Positions 20,217-31,253 of a stretch of 64,000 bases of DNA are shown here, piece after piece. The DNA is taken from the sequence record NC_054912.1; one strand, 5' to 3'. The notes beneath the pieces were generated by a model. That model was not told the DNA's origin. It did no database searches and saw only the letters and a program-made list of their open reading frames with translations. The stretch is from Escherichia phage vB_EcoM_F1. Numbering within the stretch: position 1 is the stretch's first letter; each line of letters begins with the position of its first letter. Made by a program: the position numbers and the translations under genes.

Positions 20217-21676
20217 AGACCAGTTACCTCATGAAAATCACCAAATACATCCTCGAATGTATTAGCTTTAGTTTTATCTTCGCGTAAACGAATCGCAATC
20301 GGAAGAAATAATTTAACGTAATCAGTGCGGCCATCAGATTTTAACCAACCGTTGCATTCGCACTCTAGAATTTTTCCAATATAATAATTTTGGTTTTCCA
20401 TAATGCGAGTACGGTCAAGTTCATGTGATTTTACGCCGGCTTTATCTTTTAAGCCTGAACCAGCATTTACCTTAATTTTTCCACACTCTGACTCAAGAAT
20501 AAATCCACCTGCTTTAGTAGGGTCTTTACGGTGAGGATAAATTCCTACAATTTTTAAATCAACATCAATTACTTCTTTAAATTTATAGAGATTTTTTGAA
20601 CGAGCATTTTCCCATAATCCATCGATATTTTTGAGAATAATACCTTCAAGACCTTGGTCAATATACTTTTTATAAATTACCTTAGCTTCATCTAGGTTAT
20701 TTACTACCTGGTTTTCAATTAAAATTACTTTATCATAGCCTGATGTCATTTGTTCTAGTTTAGAAAAACGTACATCATATTTCAAACGAAATGCAGGAAG
20801 ACCGTATATTTCTACCAACGGGACATAATCCCAAACCTGAAACTTCATGCATTGAGCTTCTTTTTCAGAAATGGTTCCCTTTAAAGATTTATTAGCGATT
20901 CCATTAGAAGTAGTACGTGATTCAGCTACTTCGGCGAATTCTTTGGCTTTACTAATTTCAGGATAAGCATCAAAAAGAAAATCTAGGCCTTCTGGCTCCT
21001 TTTTAACTTGCTCATGGTATACCAATTCGCCATCAATTAACACGCCTTCTGGATGAATCTGGCGGGCTTCAGCGGTCATTTTGATTAATTCTTCCTTAAG
21101 AAGATCTAATCCTAGATATTCATTACCAGCTCGTGATAAAAGACGAACATCATCTAATTCATCACCTCTGACTTCGGCAAAGCACCGAGCCCCATCAGCT
21201 TTTAACTGGGCAAAGGCTGGAAATTTGATATTCTTATTAATGCCTTTTTCATCATAAGAACTTGCAAGCATTTGAGGTTGTTCAGGAATTAAACCTGACC
21301 AAACTTTGTTTGCAATAGATACTGAAGCACCACATTCAAGGTCTCGCATCATCACTCGACGCAAAACTTCAACATCATCTTTTTTACCATCGGTGATATA
21401 TCCAGTTAATTCCTCAATTGCTGCATTTCCAGTCAATTTCCGAGTAGCTAATGTGAATTCAATGAAGTCAAGCATATCGGTAAGAGTCAACATTCCAAAA
21501 CTCTGGGTAGCAATACCAGGTTTAGGCCATTTCTTGATATAATACTGCAACCCACGAGAATAAGTCAGACGATATACTCGTTTAAGCAATTCATTATCTT
21601 TATTCTTTTCAAGAATTGCTTGCTTCTGCTTAGTTGAACCAATAGATGCTATTTCGTTCAGAATTTTAAGAATCAT
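20213..21676 (-). CDS. 30: ATP-dependent DNA ligase gp30
   Basis: 487-aa ORF, T4 ligase size and position. Confidence 0.95.
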   Translation of the reverse strand: MILKILNEIASIGSTKQKQAILEKNKDNELLKRVYRLTYSRGLQYYIKKWPKPGIATQSFGMLTLTDMLDFIEFTLATRKLTGNAAIEELTGYITDGKKDDVEVLRRVMMRDLECGASVSIANKVWSGLIPEQPQMLASSYDEKGINKNIKFPAFAQLKADGARCFAEVRGDELDDVRLLSRAGNEYLGLDLLKEELIKMTAEARQIHPEGVLIDGELVYHEQVKKEPEGLDFLFDAYPEISKAKEFAEVAESRTTSNGIANKSLKGTISEKEAQCMKFQVWDYVPLVEIYGLPAFRLKYDVRFSKLEQMTSGYDKVILIENQVVNNLDEAKVIYKKYIDQGLEGIILKNIDGLWENARSKNLYKFKEVIDVDLKIVGIYPHRKDPTKAGGFILESECGKIKVNAGSGLKDKAGVKSHELDRTRIMENQNYYIGKILECECNGWLKSDGRTDYVKLFLPIAIRLREDKTKANTFEDVFGDFHEVTGL

Positions 21677-21942
21677 TATTCATCCTTCAGAGTTTGGTTT
21701 ACAGCTCTATTATAAATCAATTCATCATTAAGCTCAGTCAAAGACTTATGATATGTGGTTCTAACTTTATTTCCTTGCATCCAGTGCTTGATATAAATGA
21801 AACCTTGCTCTACGCATTTTTTAAAAATTCGTTCGTCTTTTTGAGCTCGGAATTCTGGATTGCATCTAAAAAATTGATTTACGTGACCGTAATCACGTGT
21901 AGTATTACCTTCATTTTCATAAATAGTATGAACAACAAACAT
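21676..21942 (-). CDS. 30.1: Hypothetical protein 30.1
   Basis: 88-aa ORF start/stop-coupled to gene 30. Confidence 0.6.
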   Translation of the reverse strand: MFVVHTIYENEGNTTRDYGHVNQFFRCNPEFRAQKDERIFKKCVEQGFIYIKHWMQGNKVRTTYHKSLTELNDELIYNRAVNQTLKDE

Positions 21943-22781
21943 TAGAACGCTCCTTGAAAAATATTATCACCACTAGTAGGTCTATTATACAAATACTCTA
22001 TGCCACCAGGTTTAATATAGTTCCATGTCTGAAACGGATGCGTCTGATATGGATGATATAGATGATTATAAGGATTAAATCCAGGAGTTCTCCAGGTAGT
22101 GTTCCAAGGAAAAGAATCGTTTTTAATCATCTTTTCAATTACATCTTTTATAGCTTTTTCACTATCAAAACTTTCTTTATTTTCCTTTGGTGAAAAAAGC
22201 TTATTCTCTACATCGTTCCATGTATAAACTCGCTGAGCAGTTTTTGGAATATTGTCACGCTCCCCTCGAGCCATCCAATAAACAGGAACATTTAATATTT
22301 CACTCGCGTGATCGCAGTGGTGAGCGAGATCGTCAATATAACAAATTACGTTATATTTCTCTTTTGCCTTTTTGAACAACTCTTCTTTTGAAGAATCATG
22401 ACCACACATCATTACTTCTGAGAAGGCACCAGGAAAAAGAGCATTTAAATTAAATTGACGATTCAGCAGAGCGTCAATAGAATCACCCAATGCTGTAACA
22501 GCTACAAAATTATAATCTTCTTTTAATTTGTTAATTACACACAGAGCATCTTTATATGGAGACAAGTAACGAATAAAATCTGAACGATTGTATTTTTCAA
22601 TTAACTTGACGCCAAGTTCTTCGTCACAATTAAAGAGTTTACCAGGAGAAATAAATTTCTCATCTTGGATCATTTTTAAAATATGTTCTAACGGAAGATT
22701 ATATTTCTGAGCAAAATAAGGAAGGCCTGATTGCCAGCTTAAACATACTCCATCAATATCAGTTAAAATAGTAGGCTTCAT
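21942..22781 (-). CDS. 30.2: Hypothetical protein 30.2 (possible HAD-like hydrolase)
   Basis: 279-aa ORF; N-terminal DIDGV motif resembles HAD motif I. Confidence 0.6.
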   Translation of the reverse strand: MKPTILTDIDGVCLSWQSGLPYFAQKYNLPLEHILKMIQDEKFISPGKLFNCDEELGVKLIEKYNRSDFIRYLSPYKDALCVINKLKEDYNFVAVTALGDSIDALLNRQFNLNALFPGAFSEVMMCGHDSSKEELFKKAKEKYNVICYIDDLAHHCDHASEILNVPVYWMARGERDNIPKTAQRVYTWNDVENKLFSPKENKESFDSEKAIKDVIEKMIKNDSFPWNTTWRTPGFNPYNHLYHPYQTHPFQTWNYIKPGGIEYLYNRPTSGDNIFQGAF

Positions 22782-23242
22782 AGAGAGTCTCTTAATAGGT
22801 TTAACACATCAATAAATTCAGCTTCGGTTAGTATTGTATCATCTTTTGTTAGACCACTAGCCATGCTGTGCTTCAAAACTTTTCCTTTCGAGGCTTGTAA
22901 TGCATCACGAAAGCCCTTGTTTTGGATCGCTGCTTCAAAATATGCATTTGTGTATAATTCTTTCCACGCCGGGGAGTATCTTGAAAACGGAACTCCAAGC
23001 CAGAAGAGGGTCCCACGGTCCTGAGCTCTAGCATAAGACCTTCCAGCTTGTTGAGCGGAAAGCCCGGATAACCCAAATATACGACGTTGTTGTTCAACGT
23101 TTTTCACCTTGCATCCTTGGAGGAATCCTTCAAGACCTCCAAATTGAATACCATCCATAACGAAAGGCCATTGGGCGAAATTACTTAATGCACATGATGG
23201 CCACCTAAAATTACTTCTAATCTCTAACTCAGACATTTTCAA
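22778..23242 (-). CDS. 30.3: Hypothetical protein 30.3
   Basis: 154-aa ORF, coupled to neighbours. Confidence 0.6.
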   Translation of the reverse strand: MKMSELEIRSNFRWPSCALSNFAQWPFVMDGIQFGGLEGFLQGCKVKNVEQQRRIFGLSGLSAQQAGRSYARAQDRGTLFWLGVPFSRYSPAWKELYTNAYFEAAIQNKGFRDALQASKGKVLKHSMASGLTKDDTILTEAEFIDVLNLLRDSL

Positions 23243-23435
23243 TGCTTATAATTTCAACATCAGCCCAATGACCATAGTTTGGTAGACGAAATTCAACTGG
23301 CCAGTTAGGGTCCTTTTCTAATATAATAGACTCAACTCGTGGTTCTTCATGTTCATCAGTATATGGATTTTTATCTGTTACTTTATATGTGACCTTAATG
23401 TACTGAATTCCAAAAATCTTATTAATTATATTCAT
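23229..23435 (-). CDS. Hypothetical protein (30.3'-like)
   Basis: 68-aa ORF in co-oriented run. Confidence 0.5.
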   Translation of the reverse strand: MNIINKIFGIQYIKVTYKVTDKNPYTDEHEEPRVESIILEKDPNWPVEFRLPNYGHWADVEIISIENV

Positions 23436-23629
23436 ACTAATTCCTTTAATCCGTAAATAGGAGATAATTCATCACCCATACGAAGGTCTTCATTTCCATC
23501 TACCCAGGAAACAATATAAGCCTCTTTTATTTGAACACCACTCCATTTAAATGGAGGTAGAACCTTAGAAATTAATCCAGGTATACCAACTCCCTTTAAT
23601 TCAACAGTTTGACCTAAAAAGAATTTCAT
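23432..23629 (-). CDS. Hypothetical protein (30.4-like)
   Basis: 65-aa ORF. Confidence 0.5.
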   Translation of the reverse strand: MKFFLGQTVELKGVGIPGLISKVLPPFKWSGVQIKEAYIVSWVDGNEDLRMGDELSPIYGLKELV

Positions 23630-23967
23630 TAGAACCTCATCTGAAAACCGTGCGATTTAACATTACCGCCGCCAATATCAGAAATGTTAATTTCACGCGC
23701 AATTGAAGGGTCAATGTCAATTTCACGATTGAGTTTAGTGATAGCTAAAGTATCGCACCCATTTACAGTACGAAACTCTAAAGGACAAACCACATCAACG
23801 TAGTTTTTAATCGATTCGCTCGTAGGTTGCAAATGTGCAGGAAGGTCTTTAGGTGCCTTTGAGAAAACAACTTCACAGAAATTTTTGCGGGTATCAAAAT
23901 AAGTAGTCATAAACATAATATTTTCCTCAGTAAGGGGCCAAAGCCCCTGTTTTATTTTAAATATCAA
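23629..23967 (-). CDS. Hypothetical protein (30.5-like)
   Basis: 112-aa ORF. Confidence 0.55.
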   Translation of the reverse strand: MIFKIKQGLWPLTEENIMFMTTYFDTRKNFCEVVFSKAPKDLPAHLQPTSESIKNYVDVVCPLEFRTVNGCDTLAITKLNREIDIDPSIAREINISDIGGGNVKSHGFQMRF

Positions 23968-24334
23968 ATTCGTTAAGAACTACATCAAAGATTGCTTCAA
24001 GATGCTCAGGTTTAGCTCTGTTACTCAGAATATGACGAATCCAAGTTTTAACTAAGAGTTTACGATTAGCACCATTCCAGCAAGGATGAGTCCCTAAATC
24101 GCGTTGACGGAAATCATCATCCAGAGCGATTTTAAAGTTGGAACCTTCCATCGTGATTGAAACTGTAATACCGTTTTCAAATCGCATATAAACGTAGTTA
24201 GGAGTCATATACTGATCGATTTCACATACTGATCCATTTTGATGTTTCCAGAGGCAAATAGTATCAATAGAACCTGCAATACCATTAGAAACATATTTAC
24301 GTTCAAAGTTGATGTAGTTCATTTTATTCTCCAA
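23957..24334 (-). CDS. Hypothetical protein (30.6-like)
   Basis: 125-aa ORF. Confidence 0.55.
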   Translation of the reverse strand: MENKMNYINFERKYVSNGIAGSIDTICLWKHQNGSVCEIDQYMTPNYVYMRFENGITVSITMEGSNFKIALDDDFRQRDLGTHPCWNGANRKLLVKTWIRHILSNRAKPEHLEAIFDVVLNEFDI

Positions 24335-24389
24335 GATGTTTAATTGCGGTACAGGTATATAATATCATATCCTGTACCAAAGTAAACAA

Positions 24390-24722
24390 TTATTTTACTA
24401 CTTTCCAATGCTGCATGTCAAGTTTACCAACTTTTTTCATCTTCTCAATTAAGCGTTCGGCACGTTGGCGAGCTGTAACATAATGCCATTCGCCTAATTC
24501 ATTTTGTTCAATTTTTCCAACGATTACTGTATTCAATTCATAAATCCAACCGGTAAAGAAATTATGAACTTGAATTGTAAAGGTGAAATCTGTTCCCATA
24601 CCTTCTGTTGTTTCTACTTCAATAATATCACCTTCAACTGCCATTAAGAACCACATAGTTTCATTATATGCACCGTTGAAGCATTTAGTTTTAACCGCAG
24701 CGTTCAGATTAATCGTTTTCAT
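24390..24722 (-). CDS. Hypothetical protein (30.7-like)
   Basis: 110-aa ORF. Confidence 0.55.
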   Translation of the reverse strand: MKTINLNAAVKTKCFNGAYNETMWFLMAVEGDIIEVETTEGMGTDFTFTIQVHNFFTGWIYELNTVIVGKIEQNELGEWHYVTARQRAERLIEKMKKVGKLDMQHWKVVK

Positions 24723-24746
24723 TTTATTCTCCTTTGTTTGTGTAAG

Positions 24747-24775
24747 ATAATACTATCACAAAGGAACCATACTGT
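24747..24775 (-). promoter_or_regulatory. Candidate early promoter (TTTACA-17-TAGTAT) upstream of 30.7-like gene
   Basis: minus-strand TTTACA, 17-nt spacer, TAGTAT, then AAGGAG before ATG. Confidence 0.4.
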
Positions 24776-24832
24776 AAACAACTTTATGCAATCTTTGGAA
24801 AATAAAAAAGGACTCCCGAAGGAGTCCTCAAC

Positions 24833-25051
24833 TTATGCTTTCTGCTTACCAAAACGAGAAGCATCATCTCGAAGAACCGCACGTGCTCGGCGCATGATCT
24901 TCTCAACAGTTTGATTGATACGAGAGTTCGACCCACGCTTGTAGCCAGCGCGTTTAGAATCACCAACTTTCTTTTCAACTGCTTTCTTTGCTTTAGCTTG
25001 TTTTGCCATTATAAATTCTCTTTTAAATGAAAATGCAGGACTTATTGGCAT
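24833..25051 (-). CDS. Small basic hypothetical protein (30.8/30.9-like position)
   Basis: 72-aa Lys/Arg-rich ORF followed by a terminator hairpin at 24808-24827. Confidence 0.5.
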   Translation of the reverse strand: MPISPAFSFKREFIMAKQAKAKKAVEKKVGDSKRAGYKRGSNSRINQTVEKIMRRARAVLRDDASRFGKQKA

Positions 25052-25409
25052 TGCCTGCGCAAGCCCTCAAGGGGAACATAGGTTTTTGGATATTTAACGA
25101 CCAGGATAACCATAAACCCGTCATCATACCTTATAGCTCTTATCTGTTGCACACCGTTAGCTTAAAGGTTCCGGGTTCGATTTCTCGAGGATAAGATATA
25201 TATACTGATGGATATATAGGCCTTGAGGCGTACTCCCGATTGGCCATCACCTCGGGGTAGCATGCACTTGCCGCTATAAGAATAACATTCAAGAGGTACA
25301 CCGTAAAACTGCCGGGGTCTTAAAACTATAATGATTCGCAAATCATTAATCAGACAGTTCGACGGCTCCTCGATTTTAGCTCACACTAAGGCAGTGAATC
25401 TCCAATAAA
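25052..25409 (-). other. ORF-free segment with GC-rich patches and long-range complementary blocks; possible structured RNA or gene remnant
   Basis: No ORF of 60 aa or more on either strand; stops in all minus frames; complementary blocks such as ccctcaagg (25064-25072) and ccttgagg (25221-25228). Confidence 0.3.
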
Positions 25410-25658
25410 TTACTTCAATGTTACCACAAAGTGGCGAACTGCTTTTCGTGCAGCAGAAGCCAAAGGCTTAGCATATTTAAGTTCATCTTTTTCCTGAAGC
25501 TCAGCAGCTAATGCAGTTTGAGCAGGATTCAGATGTTTGAAATAACACAGGATTTCAAGAGCTTCGGCTTCAACATCAATAGATGCGCCATAGTTTTCGT
25601 GACCATTATTCCATGCGTTTCGTTGCAGTTCAAGAGCGTGTTGTAATTGTTTAATCAT
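25410..25658 (-). CDS. rIII: rIII lysis-inhibition accessory protein
   Basis: 82-aa ORF, T4 rIII size and position next to gene 31. Confidence 0.8.
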   Translation of the reverse strand: MIKQLQHALELQRNAWNNGHENYGASIDVEAEALEILCYFKHLNPAQTALAAELQEKDELKYAKPLASAARKAVRHFVVTLK

Positions 25659-25805
25659 TTAAAAATTCTCGTTAGAGATTAAAACTCGGTAGTCACGTTC
25701 TTCTGAATTTCATCTTCTTTCGACAGATCTCTCAGTTGTAGACTACCACATAGAATTGTTCGGTTAACTTATTATTCCGACACCCAATTCATATTATTAT
25801 TTATA

Positions 25806-26141
25806 TCACTTATAAAGACACGGAATAGCTTTATAGTGACAGGTAACGAATTTTTGTTTAATTTCTTTTGGCTGCTTAAGACCCAGAGCTACAAAAGGAT
25901 GCGGAACATTTCGAATTTGACCAACTGGAAGAGAAGTCAAATCACCAACTTCGCAGAAACCTTCAGGAACATCAGGACCGACAGAGTGAACTACACACAG
26001 TTCAGGAACTTCACCTTGAACACGTTTACCGATAATAAGTCCTGATTCTGTAACTTCTTCATCACCGGCTTGTGCAGGTTCAGAAACTAAAATAACATAT
26101 TCACCGACAGCACGAATTGGTAGCTGTTGTACTTCAGACAT
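25806..26141 (-). CDS. 31: Co-chaperonin gp31 (GroES analogue)
   Basis: 111-aa ORF, T4 gp31 size/position. Confidence 0.9.
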
Positions 26142-26197
26142 CGTTTTTCCTTTTTGTTAACAGATGAATTAATAATAACAAATAATTCTTAAAGCAT

Positions 26198-26506
26198 TTA
26201 TTTACCAATAAATTGAAGCAAATGCTCAACTTTCATACCATTAACAGAAATCAATTTGTCAATAGAAAAACCTCGCCATGCACCAAGCTCAACATCAAAT
26301 ATTGGAATCATATCCGTAGATTCTTTCCGAGTAGATTCAGTCAATTTACCAGTTTGCATGGTTGGCATAAAGTCTGCATCACGAGTACCTTTCATAGTAC
26401 GAATAGTACCATCAGACTTTTCAAAAACTATGTTTGAAACACCCATGGACAATTTAGTTTTCAAAATTTCACGAATTGCTACTTTCTGCTCAGTTGTCAG
26501 TTTCAT
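26198..26506 (-). CDS. 31.1: Hypothetical protein 31.1
   Basis: 102-aa ORF. Confidence 0.6.
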   Translation of the reverse strand: MKLTTEQKVAIREILKTKLSMGVSNIVFEKSDGTIRTMKGTRDADFMPTMQTGKLTESTRKESTDMIPIFDVELGAWRGFSIDKLISVNGMKVEHLLQFIGK

Positions 26507-26743
26507 TTATTTACCTATTACAGTTTTAATATGAGTTGTTCCACGTTCTTTAAGGGTGGAAAGTAATTTTTGGCATTTTTCTAAATCAGATTTCCAACTA
26601 TATGGTCTATCATTACAAACCCAATTTGTCTTATAATACTGTTTCCATTTAGAGAAAAAATATTTCTTATACTCTACAGCAAATGAGATGTTCTCGTTAG
26701 AATAAGAACTAATTGCTGTGAGTTGTACCAAACGAAATTTCAT
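26507..26743 (-). CDS. 31.2: Hypothetical protein 31.2
   Basis: 78-aa ORF. Confidence 0.55.
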   Translation of the reverse strand: MKFRLVQLTAISSYSNENISFAVEYKKYFFSKWKQYYKTNWVCNDRPYSWKSDLEKCQKLLSTLKERGTTHIKTVIGK

Positions 26744-27324
26744 TATTCACCACAGAATTCGTTGATATTTTCCCAGTTTAACTTATTCAAGTTTTTCTTA
26801 GGAACATTAAACACTTCAATACCTGCATTTCGCAGAATATCATCCCAGCCAGGTTTATTTTTATCGTATGTTTCACAATAAACCAGCTTTTTAATTCCAG
26901 ATTGAGCTATTGCTTTTGCACAATCTGGGCAAGGAGAAAGTGTTACATACATAGTAGCACCTTCAATTGAAGAACCATTTCGTGCAGCAAACAAAATTGC
27001 ATTTAGCTCAGCATGAATTTCATTTTTAGACGACCATTCAGAGTGAGCGCCGCGGTGTTCTTTCGCCAAAACAAAACGATCAGTTGAACCAAATGATACG
27101 CATTCAGGCTTATGACCTTGGATGATAGTATGTTTAGGCTTATTCAATAACCAACCTTGCTCAGCAGCATAATCACAACAGTTCACACCCCCTGCGGGTG
27201 AACCATTATACCCAGTAGAAATAATACGTCCATTCTTTTCAATTACTGCTCCTACCTTCCAGGAGCAACATTTTGATTCCTGCGATACTAAATATGCAAT
27301 TTGAAGTACTGTACTCGCTTTCAT
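26743..27324 (-). CDS. cd: dCMP deaminase
   Basis: 193-aa ORF with cytidine/deoxycytidylate deaminase zinc motifs (HAE...PCxxC: HAELNAILFAA, SPCPDCAKAI). Confidence 0.92.
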   Translation of the reverse strand: MKASTVLQIAYLVSQESKCCSWKVGAVIEKNGRIISTGYNGSPAGGVNCCDYAAEQGWLLNKPKHTIIQGHKPECVSFGSTDRFVLAKEHRGAHSEWSSKNEIHAELNAILFAARNGSSIEGATMYVTLSPCPDCAKAIAQSGIKKLVYCETYDKNKPGWDDILRNAGIEVFNVPKKNLNKLNWENINEFCGE

Positions 27325-27659
27325 TTCATAATCACCAGATAAGCAGATTTAGCAGTTTCAACACGATAAATTTCGTGACGAAGTTTAGTTATACTTTTAA
27401 TAACAGAACTAATTATATTCTGCCCATCTTTAAAGCGGTTTTTCTTATCAATAAAAACTGCGCCAGTCATCTTTTTGTGAAGCTCAACTGGATACTTCGT
27501 CACAATAATAGCATCATACACAGAAGGATGAATACTATTCACCAGAGTATCATTCATTAAAGTTATTCTAATGAACTTTGCTGTTTCAGAGTCAAGCGCT
27601 CTATGATCACCAGTATCATTTTCAAGACAATTATCAATTATATCAGTTAAATTCATCAT
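27321..27659 (-). CDS. Hypothetical protein cd.1
   Basis: 112-aa ORF coupled to cd. Confidence 0.55.
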   Translation of the reverse strand: MMNLTDIIDNCLENDTGDHRALDSETAKFIRITLMNDTLVNSIHPSVYDAIIVTKYPVELHKKMTGAVFIDKKNRFKDGQNIISSVIKSITKLRHEIYRVETAKSAYLVIMK

Positions 27660-27892
27660 AGTACGCCATACACCCTTTGTGCTTCAACTAATCCATCAAA
27701 ATCCAATTTAAGATGCGATATTTGATCGCCATCACCTGGATTCACAATTACTAATACTGAACGAGGAGTTTCGGTAATAACACGAACCGATGTTTCAGGA
27801 AATCGTTCAGAAACCTTATTTACTAATTCCTGTGCAAATAGTTTAACTTTTTCTTGGAATTCTTTAACAGTAATCGGTTTTTCACTTAGCAT
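27656..27892 (-). CDS. Hypothetical protein cd.2
   Basis: 78-aa ORF. Confidence 0.55.
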   Translation of the reverse strand: MLSEKPITVKEFQEKVKLFAQELVNKVSERFPETSVRVITETPRSVLVIVNPGDGDQISHLKLDFDGLVEAQRVYGVL

Positions 27893-27953
27893 TTTGTTTT
27901 CCTCATTTGTTTGGTAGAGCTATAATATCACAACTCTACCGTAAAGTAAACCA

Positions 27954-28235
27954 TTAAATTGCTTTGAATTCTGCTGTCTGTGATTCAAAACGAATATCGC
28001 CTTTGATGACTAGCTCAGCATCAAGACCAAATACGACAATGATATGCGCGGAACCCGGATACAGCGTAATTGCAATAGAATCCACCTGGTCTGGAAGCAA
28101 AGTGTTCAATACATGAGTCACTTGAGCATGAATTCGAAGCTCGGCTGCGTTATCAAGCTTTTCAAACATATTATTAGCGATAATTTGACTAAACACTACT
28201 TCTACGATTTTAGAATAAGTCGGAAACATATTCAC
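27954..28235 (-). CDS. Hypothetical protein cd.3
   Basis: 93-aa ORF. Confidence 0.55.
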   Translation of the reverse strand: MNMFPTYSKIVEVVFSQIIANNMFEKLDNAAELRIHAQVTHVLNTLLPDQVDSIAITLYPGSAHIIVVFGLDAELVIKGDIRFESQTAEFKAI

Positions 28236-28424
28236 CCCACATAATTTTCTTCAAGCCAATTAATAACATCCAACGCATTATCAAAAGTTGAACCATCTAC
28301 TATGTCTTCTGTTTCATAATCAAGAATATCTAAGTCTACTCTTCCATCAACAATAGGCCATAAACAAAATAGATATTTCTTTTCTTTTTCAATTTTATCA
28401 CAAAGTCGATAAATCTTTTCTATG

Positions 28425-28432
<8 letters not shown>
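28232..28432 (-). CDS. Hypothetical protein cd.4
   Basis: 66-aa ORF. Confidence 0.5.
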
Positions 28433-29822
<1,390 letters not shown>

Positions 29823-29826
<4 letters not shown>

Positions 29827-30053
29827 TTATTTTTCTCAACCAATGATTGAATATAATCATGCAGGTCTTTAGATGCTTTACCCCACTTATTTTGATATTC
29901 ATTTTTGAGATTAGCACGTGATTGAGCTAATAAAACATCATTAGTTGGAGGTAAAGATTCTAACCGCTGAATCTGGCGTCCATAAATCATTGCAGCCATC
30001 TCGGATTCATAAATCAATCCTTTGAGATGTTCAAATTGATGCCATGAAATCAT
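29823..30053 (-). CDS. Hypothetical protein
   Basis: 76-aa ORF. Confidence 0.5.
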
Positions 30054-30349
30054 TTACATTTATCCTCTTTTAACTCTTGACGATAATAACATATCATAGT
30101 TTTCTGGTCATGTACATATCGTTTTACATCATTAAGCCAAATACGAAATTCCTGGGAATCTTCAAATGGCATACCGACCCAAGCTTTACCATCAATAACT
30201 TTAACTTGCCAAGATAGTTTAGCTTCGTCATATGACTTTATTTGTACAGGCCAATTAGGATGAACTGTTTCTTTCTTTACTTCTAGAGGCTTTGTCGAAC
30301 AACCAACTAAAAGACCAATAGATAATATTACTGCTGATAGTTTAATCAT
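30050..30349 (-). CDS. Outer-membrane spanin lipoprotein (Rz1 equivalent; T4 pseT.2-like)
   Basis: 99-aa ORF with signal peptide and lipobox LVGC (MIKLSAVILSIGLLVGCS). Confidence 0.6.
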   Translation of the reverse strand: MIKLSAVILSIGLLVGCSTKPLEVKKETVHPNWPVQIKSYDEAKLSWQVKVIDGKAWVGMPFEDSQEFRIWLNDVKRYVHDQKTMICYYRQELKEDKCK

Positions 30350-30699
30350 TTAGAAAGGTCCTGGATGTCTTCTGCGAACTTGTTGAAGGAGTTGTTGATT
30401 TGTTTTTCAACCAATCCTGGCTTATGAGCCACCACATCCGCCTTCTTTGCATCTTTGCGCAGTTTTTCATTTTCACGCTCAATAGCAGCAATTGCCTCAC
30501 GATTTTTATTATTCATCGCATCAATATAATTATACTGAATTCGCAAATTATTTAATGCTAAAGCGTTTTCATTGGCCGTTTTTGTAATTTCAGTAACTGA
30601 TGTTTCTAATCTTTCTACCTTATTTTTTAAAATAATAGATGTTCCGCCAAATGCTATTACAAGTAATAGCAATCCAGCTGTAAAATTACTTACATGCAT
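30346..30699 (-). CDS. Inner-membrane spanin (Rz equivalent; T4 pseT.3-like)
   Basis: 117-aa ORF with N-terminal TM helix (AGLLLLVIAFGGTSIIL) followed by charged coiled-coil-like region; immediately upstream of lipoprotein gene. Confidence 0.6.
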   Translation of the reverse strand: MHVSNFTAGLLLLVIAFGGTSIILKNKVERLETSVTEITKTANENALALNNLRIQYNYIDAMNNKNREAIAAIERENEKLRKDAKKADVVAHKPGLVEKQINNSFNKFAEDIQDLSK

Positions 30700-31196
30700 A
30701 AAGTTTTAATAACCTCTATAATATCGTCTTGAGAAAGACCGTTAATTAAAATATGATGTTCAGCTGGAGATTTAGAAATTTTAAAGCATGCCTCAACATC
30801 TTCTGCCATATCCGATGCACTACGGTTTGGATTACTAATACCAAGGCGGTGTTTTCCCGTCAAAGGATTAACGATGATATAGCATTTGCAGTTATTGATA
30901 TGAACATTAGGTTGAGTCTGATTAATGAACACTTCACAATCATACTTAGCGAGTTGATTTTCTAAAAAGACTTTCATCTCTTCAACCGCATCAGGAAGCA
31001 TATCACGGGCTTGCTCAAGACGACGATTTCGATATTCTTTAATGGTCGTTTTCCGCTTGACTTGCTTAGCTAAATCTTTCTTAAGATCAGTGATATATCC
31101 AACTCGACGATTTCCTTTGAATACAGAAATCCCATCTGTAGTATCACCGTATGCTTCAACGACCATTTCAGTAGTAATAAGTTGTAAATCCATCAT
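30690..31196 (-). CDS. alc: Alc, inhibitor of host transcription
   Basis: 168-aa ORF MMDLQLITTEMVVEAYG..., T4 Alc size/position. Confidence 0.85.
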   Translation of the reverse strand: MMDLQLITTEMVVEAYGDTTDGISVFKGNRRVGYITDLKKDLAKQVKRKTTIKEYRNRRLEQARDMLPDAVEEMKVFLENQLAKYDCEVFINQTQPNVHINNCKCYIIVNPLTGKHRLGISNPNRSASDMAEDVEACFKISKSPAEHHILINGLSQDDIIEVIKTLCM

Positions 31197-31223
31197 AAAG
31201 TCCTCATGTTATGTCAGTAAGAC

Positions 31224-31253
31224 TACTGTAACACAACACGAGGGACTTGTAAA
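31224..31253 (-). promoter_or_regulatory. Early promoter in second copy of the 53-bp cassette (TTTACA-17-TACAGT) upstream of alc
   Basis: 52/53 identity with 17523-17577; promoter-like hexamers plus GAGGA SD. Confidence 0.45.

Noticed and set aside
25150-25200. tRNA-like T-arm motif (ggttcgatt) in the ORF-free region
   Set aside because: Flanking bases do not form a complementary T-stem, and no acceptor or anticodon stem can be drawn; not a tRNA
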